Assembly: GCA_020349965.1 (NCBI GenBank)
Contig: CP070705.1
Span: forward strand, 759,569 to 823,568
Source of the DNA: a candidate division WOR-3 bacterium
Lineage (GTDB): Bacteria; Hydrothermota; Tepidihabitantia; SM23-42
Length of the DNA: 64,000 nt
Direction of reading: 5' to 3'
The notes beneath the pieces are model-generated. The model was not told where the DNA came from. It did not search any database and saw nothing but the letters and a program-made list of their open reading frames with translations. A program made the translations under genes and the position numbers. This document shows positions 18,953-28,035 of the stretch, one piece after another. Positions within the stretch are counted from its first letter, which is position 1, and each line of letters starts with the position of its first letter.

Positions 18953-21300
18953 TTCCTCACTCCTATTTTTTTATTGGAGAATATCCGGCTTAATGCCTGG
19001 TCTATCTTCGATGCAAAAATAAAAGAAACTCCGGTACGGACGTGCTTCGGTATTTCCTGCAGATCATTTTTGTTTTCTCTCGGCAGGATGATCGTATTGA
19101 TACCCGCCCTTTTTGCGGCAATCACTTTTTCTTTTATACCGCCCACCGGCAGCACTCGCCCGGAGAGTGTTATTTCGCCAGAAAAGGCGATCTTAGGGTC
19201 GATGGGTTCATTTCTGATCAGTGAAGCAAGCGACATCACCACGGCGAGCCCGGCTGAAGGTCCATCTTTAGGGATGGCGCCTGAAGGAATATGGACGTGC
19301 AATTCCTGGTTCTCAAAGCTATCCTCGGCGATTTTCCAGCGCACGAGTATCGTCTTCAAGTACGACAAGGCAGCCTGGCACGATTCCTTCATGACATCGC
19401 CAAGAAGTCCCGTCAGTATCAGGCCTTTCTTGCCTCGCGTTTTCAGAGACTCGACAAAGAGTATCTCGCCGCCGTATGGTGTCCAGGCAAGGCCGGTGGC
19501 GATGCCGACCTGGCCGGCACGGGCTGCGACGTCTGATACGATCTTCTGTGGGCCGAGCAGTCGATGGAGATTCTTCGCGGCGATCTTGATCTTGCCGTTC
19601 TTGCCTTCGGCCACGCGTTTGGCAACCTTGCGGCAGATAGAACCGATCATCCGTTCGAGATTTCGGACACCAGCTTCCTTTGTGTAATTGCTGATGATGC
19701 TCTTAATCGCTTCTTCTTCGAAGGTTATGTTTGCGGATTTGAGCCCGGCATCATGGATCTGGCGCGGGATCAAATATTTCCTCGCAATCTGGAGCTTCTC
19801 TTCGAGAATATACCCTGGCAATTCAATCATCTCCATACGATCCTTCAAGGCCGGTATTATGGGATCAACGACGTTGCCGGTGGCAATGAACATCACATGA
19901 GAAAGGTCGAAAGGTACTTCGAGATAATGATCCGAGAAAGCACTGTTCTGCTCGGGGTCGAGTACTTCCAGCAAAGCCGAGGAAGGGTCGCCACGGAAGT
20001 CGGCACCGACTTTGTCAATCTCATCTAGCATGAAAACGGGATTGTTAGTGGCGCTGGTTTTGATAGACTGGATGATTCGCCCTGGGAGTGCGCCGACGTA
20101 GGTTCTCCGGTGGCCTCTTATTTCTGCTTCATCACGAATACCGCCCAATGATATGCGTATGAATTTCCGCCCCAGGGCGCGGGCGATCGATTTGCCGAGT
20201 GATGTCTTACCCACTCCAGGTGGACCGATGAAGCAGAGAATCGTCCCTTTGGAATCCGGTTTGAGTTTCTTCACCGCAAGATACTCGAGGATCCGTGTTT
20301 TTACCTTTTCAAGGTCATAGTGGTCTTCATCGAGAATCTCCTGTGCTTGTTTGATGTTCAGGTTGTCCCTGGTGGAAACGGACCAGGGTAGTGATATGAG
20401 CCAGTCGATGTATGTTCGCGAGACTGTATACTCAGCAGCCTGGGGCGGCATTTTGGCTAGACGATCGAGTTCTTTGAGAGCCACTTTATTCGTTTGCTCG
20501 GGCATTTTCGCCTGCAATATCTTCCTTTTCAAATCCTTGATTTCACGAGCATGCTCGTCGGTTTCACCAAGTTCTTTCTGGATCGCCTTCAGTTGTTCAC
20601 GGAGGTAGAATTCTCGTTGACCCTTATCTAGCTCGCTTTTGACGTCAGAGCGTATCTTGGCACCCAGTTCAAGAATGCTGATTTCCTTCTGGAGCATGGG
20701 GATGAGTTTGGCGAAGCGTTCTTTGGGATCCGTGATCTCGAGGAGCATTTGTTTTTCGTTATAGTCGAAATTGATCGTGCTGGCAACGAAATCAACGAGA
20801 CTATCCGCATTCTCCATGTTGAGGACGACCGCGGCATATTCATCTGGCAAATAGGGAGCGAGTGATACGAGGTTTTGGAACATGGCGACGACATTGCGCA
20901 TCATTGCCTCGAGAGCAACTGTTTTACGATAGGTGGGAGAGATGATGTCTATCTTGGCTTTGAGATATGGTTCGTGCTGGCTGAATTCAGCGACTTCGAA
21001 CCGCTTGAGTCCTTTGATCAGGAGGCGGATGGTACCGTCCGGGAATCGTAGCATCTTGGTAATCTGGATGACGCAACCGATCTTGAATACTTCTTCTGGT
21101 TTTGGTTCCTCAATGTCGGGGTTGCGTTGAGTCAATGCTCCCGCGAGTTTGTTGGTCGTGAGTATCTCGTCGATCAATTTCGCGAGTTTCTGCGTATGTA
21201 TGATGAGCGGTACGATCTGGTCGGGAAAGATCACGCCTCCCTTGATCGGTATTATCCCTAGCTCATCAGGTATTTTTATTGATGTATCGATCATGTTCAT
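18949..21300 (-). CDS. lon: ATP-dependent Lon protease
   Basis: 783 aa with a Lon N-terminal domain, a Walker A motif (GPPGVGKTS) and the protease serine motif PKDGPSAG. Confidence 0.95.
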   Translation of the reverse strand: MNMIDTSIKIPDELGIIPIKGGVIFPDQIVPLIIHTQKLAKLIDEILTTNKLAGALTQRNPDIEEPKPEEVFKIGCVIQITKMLRFPDGTIRLLIKGLKRFEVAEFSQHEPYLKAKIDIISPTYRKTVALEAMMRNVVAMFQNLVSLAPYLPDEYAAVVLNMENADSLVDFVASTINFDYNEKQMLLEITDPKERFAKLIPMLQKEISILELGAKIRSDVKSELDKGQREFYLREQLKAIQKELGETDEHAREIKDLKRKILQAKMPEQTNKVALKELDRLAKMPPQAAEYTVSRTYIDWLISLPWSVSTRDNLNIKQAQEILDEDHYDLEKVKTRILEYLAVKKLKPDSKGTILCFIGPPGVGKTSLGKSIARALGRKFIRISLGGIRDEAEIRGHRRTYVGALPGRIIQSIKTSATNNPVFMLDEIDKVGADFRGDPSSALLEVLDPEQNSAFSDHYLEVPFDLSHVMFIATGNVVDPIIPALKDRMEMIELPGYILEEKLQIARKYLIPRQIHDAGLKSANITFEEEAIKSIISNYTKEAGVRNLERMIGSICRKVAKRVAEGKNGKIKIAAKNLHRLLGPQKIVSDVAARAGQVGIATGLAWTPYGGEILFVESLKTRGKKGLILTGLLGDVMKESCQAALSYLKTILVRWKIAEDSFENQELHVHIPSGAIPKDGPSAGLAVVMSLASLIRNEPIDPKIAFSGEITLSGRVLPVGGIKEKVIAAKRAGINTIILPRENKNDLQEIPKHVRTGVSFIFASKIDQALSRIFSNKKIGVRK

Positions 21301-21448
21301 CTCTGTTCTATAACGTCTTCGTCGAGCTATTCATGCAAAATTTGCCCCCAAATCGCGCGTTTTCAATATAGAAGGCAACGGCCGGCTAACATCCATTGTT
21401 TGGACAATACGCGGTTTCTAATGTTTATCCCGGTTTCCTTATCTATCT

Positions 21449-21877
21449 TCATTCTCCCTCAATGGTTATAATCTTCTCCCTCATCATACGGAGCTGGATA
21501 GTCAGAATGCCGTTTCGCAAATCATATTGATATTCATGTGGTTCGATCGGCATTGGAAAGTCTATCCGCCGGTGAAATTTGCCGAAGGGTATTTCCAGAT
21601 TGTGGAAAACACAGTGGTCTTCAGTGATCCCCTGCTGCAAAATTCGGGTGCCGGTTACTATCATATATCGGCTTCGGAGGAAGACTGAAATTTCTTTCTC
21701 CGTCACACCGGCCAGTTCGAGGTGGATAATTGTGCTCTCACTCGTAACGTAAAGATTGTAAAGCGGCTGCCAGTTCGTAAGTTCTGAAAATTCCGTGTTT
21801 GTCTCGTATTCTAAATCCGCGTCCGTAACGAACCTTATCCGCACTCTTTGTTCATTGTTCGAAAGCGCATCCTTCAT
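21449..21877 (-). CDS. Hsp20/alpha-crystallin-family small heat-shock protein
   Basis: 142 aa with an alpha-crystallin domain pattern (…FHRRIDFP…GILTIQL…). It lies 7 nt downstream of the HEAT-repeat gene. Confidence 0.75.
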   Translation of the reverse strand: MKDALSNNEQRVRIRFVTDADLEYETNTEFSELTNWQPLYNLYVTSESTIIHLELAGVTEKEISVFLRSRYMIVTGTRILQQGITEDHCVFHNLEIPFGKFHRRIDFPMPIEPHEYQYDLRNGILTIQLRMMREKIITIEGE

Positions 21878-21884
21878 TTTCTAC

Positions 21885-24080
21885 CTATGATTCAGTTTCT
21901 TCTTTGGCCTCGGTCGTTATGCGCTGGAGAACATCTTGGGCAGTGGCCGCGATAAAGCGATTCCTGCTGTTTGCGGACTTCTGGAGTGCTTGCATTGCCT
22001 TTGGCGTGGCTATCTGTGCAAGAGCCGTTAGCGCAGCTGCTTTCGTTGGCAAGAGCACAGCGCGTTTGAGCAAGGCACGTTCTCTGACGATGGATGTCAG
22101 AGCATTGATGACCGATTCTTCTTTACTCTTGGCGAGGGCCTCTATTACGGCAGCCCTGAATTGTTCATCTGTTTCATTCGGGATCGCCTTCTGCCTCTTC
22201 AGCCATTGCAGTACCTGGGGGAGCTTGTGTTTGAAATCGTCTGGTGCCAGGCATTTCATTGCTTCCAGCGTCACGTATGGATACTTGCTGTTCAAAGCCT
22301 TCTTTAGGTATCCGACCGATTTCTCGCCGCCGATTTTGCTGAGACTTGAAACGACTTCGAGCTGTATTTGCGGTCTGTCTTCGTCTATCAGGGCGCCTAT
22401 ATTGTCGATCGTTGCCTCCGCCTTCAACTCGCCGAGAATGAAAACTCCGTTGCGACGGGCGTACCACTCATCTGCCTGGAGCAGCTTGAGTATTTCGGGG
22501 ATGGCCTTGTCGCTCATTCGTTTCAAGGTGTCGAGGATCTTCATGCGGACCGCGTAGTTGTCAATTTCGCGGAGGGCTTGAACTAAAAGAGGCGCAGAGG
22601 TGTCGGCGAGGGCGATCAAAGCTTCTCTCGCTTCGGCATAGGTACCTGCGGCCCACAAGGAAGATAGGAGTTCCGGCATATACGTGGGGTCACGCGTCTC
22701 TCCAATGGCTTTTATCACTACCCGTTTTCGCTCCAAGAATATCGTATCTTTACGCATTAGATACTTGGCGAATTTTTTTGCGATGAACTCCATCACTTCG
22801 GTATTGCCGCGGTCGCGTGCTTTAATGTAGAGAATTTTCAACCCTCCGATTGCTTTGGCGAATGCATTCAGGTCCTGTTCTGCTTCGGCCATGGCATCGA
22901 GGCGGTTTGCCATCAGGCAGACGAGGTCGTAATTCTCGGCTTCAAAAAGCCGGTCTGCGAACGCGACTAACTGATCGATCGTGTCGATTCGCTCTTCGGT
23001 CGAGTTGCTGCGCAGTGCAGGAAAATGGCTTTTCATTTCCATTTCGAGGTTCTTGATGTTGTATTTCATCGCGGCCTCAGGTCCCCTTGTTGCTTTAACA
23101 CGTTTCATCAGGCGATCGAGGAAGTCGCTCGTGTAGGTTTCCGGTGCACGAGTGCCAAGGGTCGTCAGGATGTCTGGCAATTTGCTGCTTGTCACGTTCT
23201 TCAGAATGTCTACTATGTCATTCTCGGCGTTAGGTGATCGTTTCTTAGCGATCATCATAACGATGTCAACGATGTCATCATCTTCCATCGTAGGCACCAA
23301 CTTTCTGAACATTTCGGCAAGTTTCGCGTTCTCGCTGCGGTATCTTATAATATTCTTCTTCACAGAAGGCGACAGAATGGCCAGTATTCTGGAGAAAACG
23401 AGCGAGTACTCGTTCCATCTTTCCTCGCCATAGCGGTCCATGACCATCAGCGCAAGTTTCTCCAATCCGGTAAGGATTTTCTCGGTCTGTATTTCTGTAG
23501 TATCTTCACTCGTGACGCCGAGGACACCGAGAAAGCTGCCCAACTCCTTGAGCCTTTCCTCTTCGGTCTTGGGTTCCTGGGCCGTTATCATCGATTCGAG
23601 GAAGTTATCCCAATCCAATTCCCTGAATTCCGAGTCAGAGGTGACGACGCCCACGCGATAAATATTCACCTTGATGCCGGTGATATTGCGGGTCCGCATC
23701 AGGGTCGCGATGTCTCCGTAGTCATCGATCTCCGCAGGTTGGAGGGCCATCACCGAAAAGAACTCATTGAGTTCCCATTCACTGACTTCTGTGTTGAATG
23801 TGATGCTATTCACTCCCACTTGGTTGAACCGGTCGACGAGGAATTTAACGATCGAAAGCTTCTGGGAATCGAAGCGTTCTTCATCGATCTTCAGGACGCT
23901 CTCGATCACAACGATACTCACGACACGCTTTTCGATACGGAGTTCTTCGAAGACCTTATGCACGCGCTCGACGGTCAATTTGAGTGAGGGATGACCCTCT
24001 GGGTAGGTGCGCGAAAGGTATACACCCATTCGCAGGAGTTTGAGCAGATCATCATACAGTTTCTTGACGTTTTCTTCCAT
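21885..24080 (-). CDS. Large HEAT/PBS-lyase-repeat protein of unknown function
   Basis: 731 aa. The C-terminal half has repeated HEAT-like units (…AIPEILKLLQADEWYARRNGVFILGEL…VRERALL…). No recognisable catalytic or cNMP-binding motif was seen. Its start abuts the stop of the small cyclase gene. Confidence 0.6.
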   Translation of the reverse strand: MEENVKKLYDDLLKLLRMGVYLSRTYPEGHPSLKLTVERVHKVFEELRIEKRVVSIVVIESVLKIDEERFDSQKLSIVKFLVDRFNQVGVNSITFNTEVSEWELNEFFSVMALQPAEIDDYGDIATLMRTRNITGIKVNIYRVGVVTSDSEFRELDWDNFLESMITAQEPKTEEERLKELGSFLGVLGVTSEDTTEIQTEKILTGLEKLALMVMDRYGEERWNEYSLVFSRILAILSPSVKKNIIRYRSENAKLAEMFRKLVPTMEDDDIVDIVMMIAKKRSPNAENDIVDILKNVTSSKLPDILTTLGTRAPETYTSDFLDRLMKRVKATRGPEAAMKYNIKNLEMEMKSHFPALRSNSTEERIDTIDQLVAFADRLFEAENYDLVCLMANRLDAMAEAEQDLNAFAKAIGGLKILYIKARDRGNTEVMEFIAKKFAKYLMRKDTIFLERKRVVIKAIGETRDPTYMPELLSSLWAAGTYAEAREALIALADTSAPLLVQALREIDNYAVRMKILDTLKRMSDKAIPEILKLLQADEWYARRNGVFILGELKAEATIDNIGALIDEDRPQIQLEVVSSLSKIGGEKSVGYLKKALNSKYPYVTLEAMKCLAPDDFKHKLPQVLQWLKRQKAIPNETDEQFRAAVIEALAKSKEESVINALTSIVRERALLKRAVLLPTKAAALTALAQIATPKAMQALQKSANSRNRFIAATAQDVLQRITTEAKEETES

Positions 24081-24727
24081 CAGCCCTTCAGTTTCAGTTT
24101 ATACTCGTATGCCTTTACGCCAAAAGACTCTTCGACGAATTCGCCAATTTCTCTGTATGCGAAGAAACCCTTGGTTACCTTGTGGAGATTCTCGCCAACG
24201 AGTATGGTATTGCTCACCGCGTTCTTCTGTAGTATTTGACTCTTGCGAAAGCCTTTGGTGAGTATCAATGCATTTCTCAAATCAGGATGCAGGTTGAAAA
24301 TTGACGCAGGTTCGATCTCGGCGCCAACCTTGAGGCCGAGCGGACTTTTTACACTGCCTTTCTTATTGAAATCGTATAGCCGGTTGAACATCTCCTCAGC
24401 CGTGAGTATTGCCATGTGCGGTGCAAATCCTGTTTCGAGGTCGAGGCCGAAGATACTTACGATCTCATCACCAACTACTTGATATATGGTTCCTTTGTTC
24501 TTGGCGATTATCTTCGCGAACATATCGAAGATATCGTTCAATACGGCCATGACGTCCTCAGCTATCATGGTTTCGCTCATTCTAGTGAAGCCAGATAGAT
24601 CGACGCGGAGAAATGTTAACTTCAGATCTTCGAAAGGTGACGTGATATCATCATGGAGTGGCGCGCCACACCACGGACAGAAATTGAAGGTCTGGGTGAT
24701 CTCTTTATTACAGTTGCCGCAGATCAT
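24080..24727 (-). CDS. Small class III nucleotidyl cyclase with an N-terminal zinc ribbon
   Basis: 215 aa. The zinc ribbon reads 'CGNCNKEI…CPWCG'. Cyclase motifs are present: 'FLRVDLSGFT' supplies metal-Asp 1 and 'VVGDEIVSIFG' supplies metal-Asp 2. The C2-type Asn/Arg box is altered to 'GENLHKVTK'. Confidence 0.7.
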   Translation of the reverse strand: MICGNCNKEITQTFNFCPWCGAPLHDDITSPFEDLKLTFLRVDLSGFTRMSETMIAEDVMAVLNDIFDMFAKIIAKNKGTIYQVVGDEIVSIFGLDLETGFAPHMAILTAEEMFNRLYDFNKKGSVKSPLGLKVGAEIEPASIFNLHPDLRNALILTKGFRKSQILQKNAVSNTILVGENLHKVTKGFFAYREIGEFVEESFGVKAYEYKLKLKG

Positions 24728-24728
24728 A

Positions 24729-27700
24729 CTAAATCTGGAGTAGCGCGGAATACTCGGGGCGGTGGATATAGTGTTTCCGGTTGGCGTCGCTGAGCCTCGA
24801 TTTTATGTCATCATAGACGACGAGTGCCTTTCGACCGTAATATCGTGCCCTTTCGATATCTTTGTTCTCAGAAAATATTTGAGAGATACGATATAAGGCG
24901 TCAGCGATAAGCGGCGGTAGCTTCATTCGTTCTGCTAGGTCGAGCGCCCTTCGTGCATTTTCCATGTTGTGACTTGCATCGATCTTCGAGAGAAGTTTGT
25001 AGCACTGGAATTCAATCTCGCGTTGATTCAACTTTTCCGCGATTCTAATGCTATTGATGACGAAGTCATTAGCCTTCCTGTAATCGTGGCGATTATAGTG
25101 AATGAGGGCTTTCTTGAGATCTATTTCGGCCAGAAGGTTTTCCCTGATGAGGAATGAGATTTTTTTATCGACATCCTTCAAATACCCCGTAACGTGACCG
25201 GAATCGCCGTTAAGCGAATAGATGTAAGCGAGATCGAGTGCCGATCTGATGTATGCATCGAAGCTGCCGATCGAATCAGCTGTCATGAGGCACTCATTGA
25301 GCGCATCCTTGGCTTTTTGTACATTCCATATCTCGTAGTCAATACCGGCGATCAGGTATTGTAGTTCGATGTTCTTTCGTATATCTTCGGTTTCAACGAG
25401 CATCTCCAGCCCGTGGTTCAGGTAGTCGAGAGCAATTTCATAATTACCCAGTCCCTTGTGTAGTTTTGAAAGGTTAAGGAGGCATAGTATCTCTGCTTCT
25501 TTGATCCTGTTGGCGCGTGCAGTCCGCCAGCTGAGATTATAATTGAGAAGACACTTATCGTACTCATACCTAGCAGCGTATAGCATTCCAAGATCCGCAT
25601 ACAAGATGGGAGTGATATTAACCACCTCGCTGTCGTATTTTTCAATGGTCTCGATGAGGAGTTCTTCGGCCTGTTTCATGTGGTTCAGCAGTATGAGTCC
25701 GTATGCTTCTCTTTCAGCAAAAAGGACCACATTTTCCCGGTCACCATCCTGCTGTGCCTGAAGTAGTCTCTCCCGAGCCATCTTCTCCATTTTGCTGATG
25801 TCTCCTTTGATTTCGTATATGTCGATCAAATTGAGCATGATGTCGCGGTACATATCCCCTGGTAAGGGGAAGCCGAATTCCTTATTGATGGTCATGACCT
25901 GCTCATAGAATGATACTGCCTGATCGATTGCGTAGAGGTTCTTGGCCTTGTCACCAGCGAGTTTATAGTACTTTGTTGCGTGTTCATGCTGGTCGGCAGC
26001 CAGGTAATGTCTCGCCACATCTTCATAGAAAGATGAAAGATGATGCGAATAGATTTGCTCGAATAGATTTGCCACTTTGAGGTGAATCTCCTTCCGTTTA
26101 CGGACGGGTAAAACAGTGTAGGCGGCATCCTTTAGCAGGTTATGCCTGAAAAGGTATACGGGATCTTCGCCATCTGACGATAGGACCACGTATCCTTCGG
26201 CGACAAGATGATCGAGGTGATCTTTGAGATCGGGCCGCGTGAGCAGTTCTTTCAGGATGCGCAGGCTGAAACGGTAACCGATCACCGACGCATAATCGAC
26301 TATGAGTCGCGCATCCGGAGCAAGTGAATCGATCGTAGACATGACCAAGCCGTATAGGTCATCGAGAAAGACAAGCGCCTGGTCTTTTGCCAGGTACCAC
26401 TTCCCACTTTCTTGTTTGATAGCTTGGTTACGTCGCGTGTTTCGTATTGCTTCAATTGTGAAAAGCGGATTACCACCCGCTTCGCGGTATATGAAATCCG
26501 AGAGCTCGGTATCAACGTTGCCGAGGATATGCCGGACGAGAGCATGGATATCTTGTTTTGTAAGAGGTCTTAGATCCATTTCATGAACGTCGGCGGATAT
26601 ACCTTCAAGGTGATATTCCGGGGCGTTTATCAATAGTAACATCACTGGATCATCGGTCAATTCAGACATGAGATAGGTGATAAGTTCCTTGGACATTATG
26701 TCTGCCTGGCCGAATTCCTCGAAGATTATGATCATTGGTTTCTTACGGCATTCGGTTCGGATTATATTCCGCACCGATGCGTATATCTCTTCATTCACCA
26801 TGCGCATTTCTTCGGAATGCAATCGTCCGATATCGGTCATTAGCAGGTGCTTCATGCCTTTTGCCAGGGTCGGGTTAAGATTTCTCTCGCTCACCAGTGC
26901 ATCGATGCGTTTGCCCATGATTTCTTTGCTGTCAAGTTCGTGGAGGTTCAGGATGTCCCTGAGCAACGTTCGAAACGGGAAGTAAGGTGATTGTGTGTTG
27001 ACCGAGCAGTTTGTCTCGAAACACGTCACTTCATCATTGGCATTTAGACGGACCTCCAACTCCTCCTTCAGTCGAGTCTTGCCAATACCCAATTGTCCGT
27101 TGATTACGCAGTACACCGCTCCTTGAATCAGTGATTCCTGTGCGAGGGTGAGCAGTTGCGTCAGTTCAGATTCTCTGCCGAACAGAGGCATTCGCATTGG
27201 TTCTACTGTGCGCGGCGTAGTGCGGATTTTCATGAGACGGTAGATATCGACCTTGGTCTTTCTCCCTTTGACCGTCTGCTCGCCAACATGTTCGGCATTG
27301 ATGTAACGGAAGACTGCATTATAGGTCGTTCTGCTCATGAGGATCTCACTCTGCTGGCTGATTTCTGTTAGTCGGGCAGCGATGTTGATGGTATCTCCGA
27401 TCACGGTTAAGAAAGGTGATTCCTTGAGCACGAACCCAAAGAAAGCCCGACCGGTGTTCAGTCCGATTCTGAGATCGATATCGCGCAAGACCTTCGACCC
27501 TTGCTTTGCTTTTGTCCACCAGTCACGAATTCGACTAACACAACGTGTCGCCCTTAGCGCATCGTCGTGATGCGTATGGGGTGCTCCAAAGATGCCGAGG
27601 ATCCGAAAGTCGGGGATGATTCGATTCGAGGTGCCGTTGTATTCGTGGATGATGGCTTCGATGTTAGTGAGGAAATCCTGAATATGATCCTTCATTACCG

Positions 27701-27905
27701 GATACGTCTCTTTCTTGATGAGTCTGTCGATACCGCTGAGGTTCACAAAGAATACGGTGAGCAATCTGAGTTCACCTCCCAGCAGCCGGAGGCGTTCGGA
27801 CTCGACGGCCCGAATCATTTCGGCCTTCAATGCTGCACCGCATCTTGGGCAGAATAAAGCGCCGTCGGGTGTGTCAGGATAATTACAGTGTGTACATCTA
27901 ATCAT
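24729..27905 (-). CDS. Multidomain protein: zinc ribbon, class III nucleotidyl cyclase, STAND/AAA NTPase and a C-terminal TPR-like array
   Basis: 1058 aa. The zinc ribbon reads 'CTHCNYP…CPRCG'. The cyclase domain has an intact 'RIGLNTG…TVIGDTINIAARL' box, but the first metal-Asp is replaced by Asn in 'FFVNLSGID'. A Walker A motif 'GQLGIGKT' follows, then about 450 aa of TPR-like helical repeats. No C-terminal HTH is obvious. Confidence 0.75.
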   Translation of the reverse strand: MIRCTHCNYPDTPDGALFCPRCGAALKAEMIRAVESERLRLLGGELRLLTVFFVNLSGIDRLIKKETYPVMKDHIQDFLTNIEAIIHEYNGTSNRIIPDFRILGIFGAPHTHHDDALRATRCVSRIRDWWTKAKQGSKVLRDIDLRIGLNTGRAFFGFVLKESPFLTVIGDTINIAARLTEISQQSEILMSRTTYNAVFRYINAEHVGEQTVKGRKTKVDIYRLMKIRTTPRTVEPMRMPLFGRESELTQLLTLAQESLIQGAVYCVINGQLGIGKTRLKEELEVRLNANDEVTCFETNCSVNTQSPYFPFRTLLRDILNLHELDSKEIMGKRIDALVSERNLNPTLAKGMKHLLMTDIGRLHSEEMRMVNEEIYASVRNIIRTECRKKPMIIIFEEFGQADIMSKELITYLMSELTDDPVMLLLINAPEYHLEGISADVHEMDLRPLTKQDIHALVRHILGNVDTELSDFIYREAGGNPLFTIEAIRNTRRNQAIKQESGKWYLAKDQALVFLDDLYGLVMSTIDSLAPDARLIVDYASVIGYRFSLRILKELLTRPDLKDHLDHLVAEGYVVLSSDGEDPVYLFRHNLLKDAAYTVLPVRKRKEIHLKVANLFEQIYSHHLSSFYEDVARHYLAADQHEHATKYYKLAGDKAKNLYAIDQAVSFYEQVMTINKEFGFPLPGDMYRDIMLNLIDIYEIKGDISKMEKMARERLLQAQQDGDRENVVLFAEREAYGLILLNHMKQAEELLIETIEKYDSEVVNITPILYADLGMLYAARYEYDKCLLNYNLSWRTARANRIKEAEILCLLNLSKLHKGLGNYEIALDYLNHGLEMLVETEDIRKNIELQYLIAGIDYEIWNVQKAKDALNECLMTADSIGSFDAYIRSALDLAYIYSLNGDSGHVTGYLKDVDKKISFLIRENLLAEIDLKKALIHYNRHDYRKANDFVINSIRIAEKLNQREIEFQCYKLLSKIDASHNMENARRALDLAERMKLPPLIADALYRISQIFSENKDIERARYYGRKALVVYDDIKSRLSDANRKHYIHRPEYSALLQI

Positions 27906-28035
27906 TGGTCATCGATCCTTTTTCTCATATCCACGATTTCGACCCATTGGAAAGATTATAGGCAAATTTCAAGATACGTCAAGATTCTCCGCATCTCAGC
28001 CGTTGAATATGTGTGTGGGTTGACTATAATCATCG

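Noticed and set aside
21904-22557. 217-aa plus-strand ORF overlapping the HEAT-repeat gene
   Set aside because: It is antisense to the HEAT gene. The translation is Ala/Ser-rich and of low complexity, with no ribosome-binding site or promoter.
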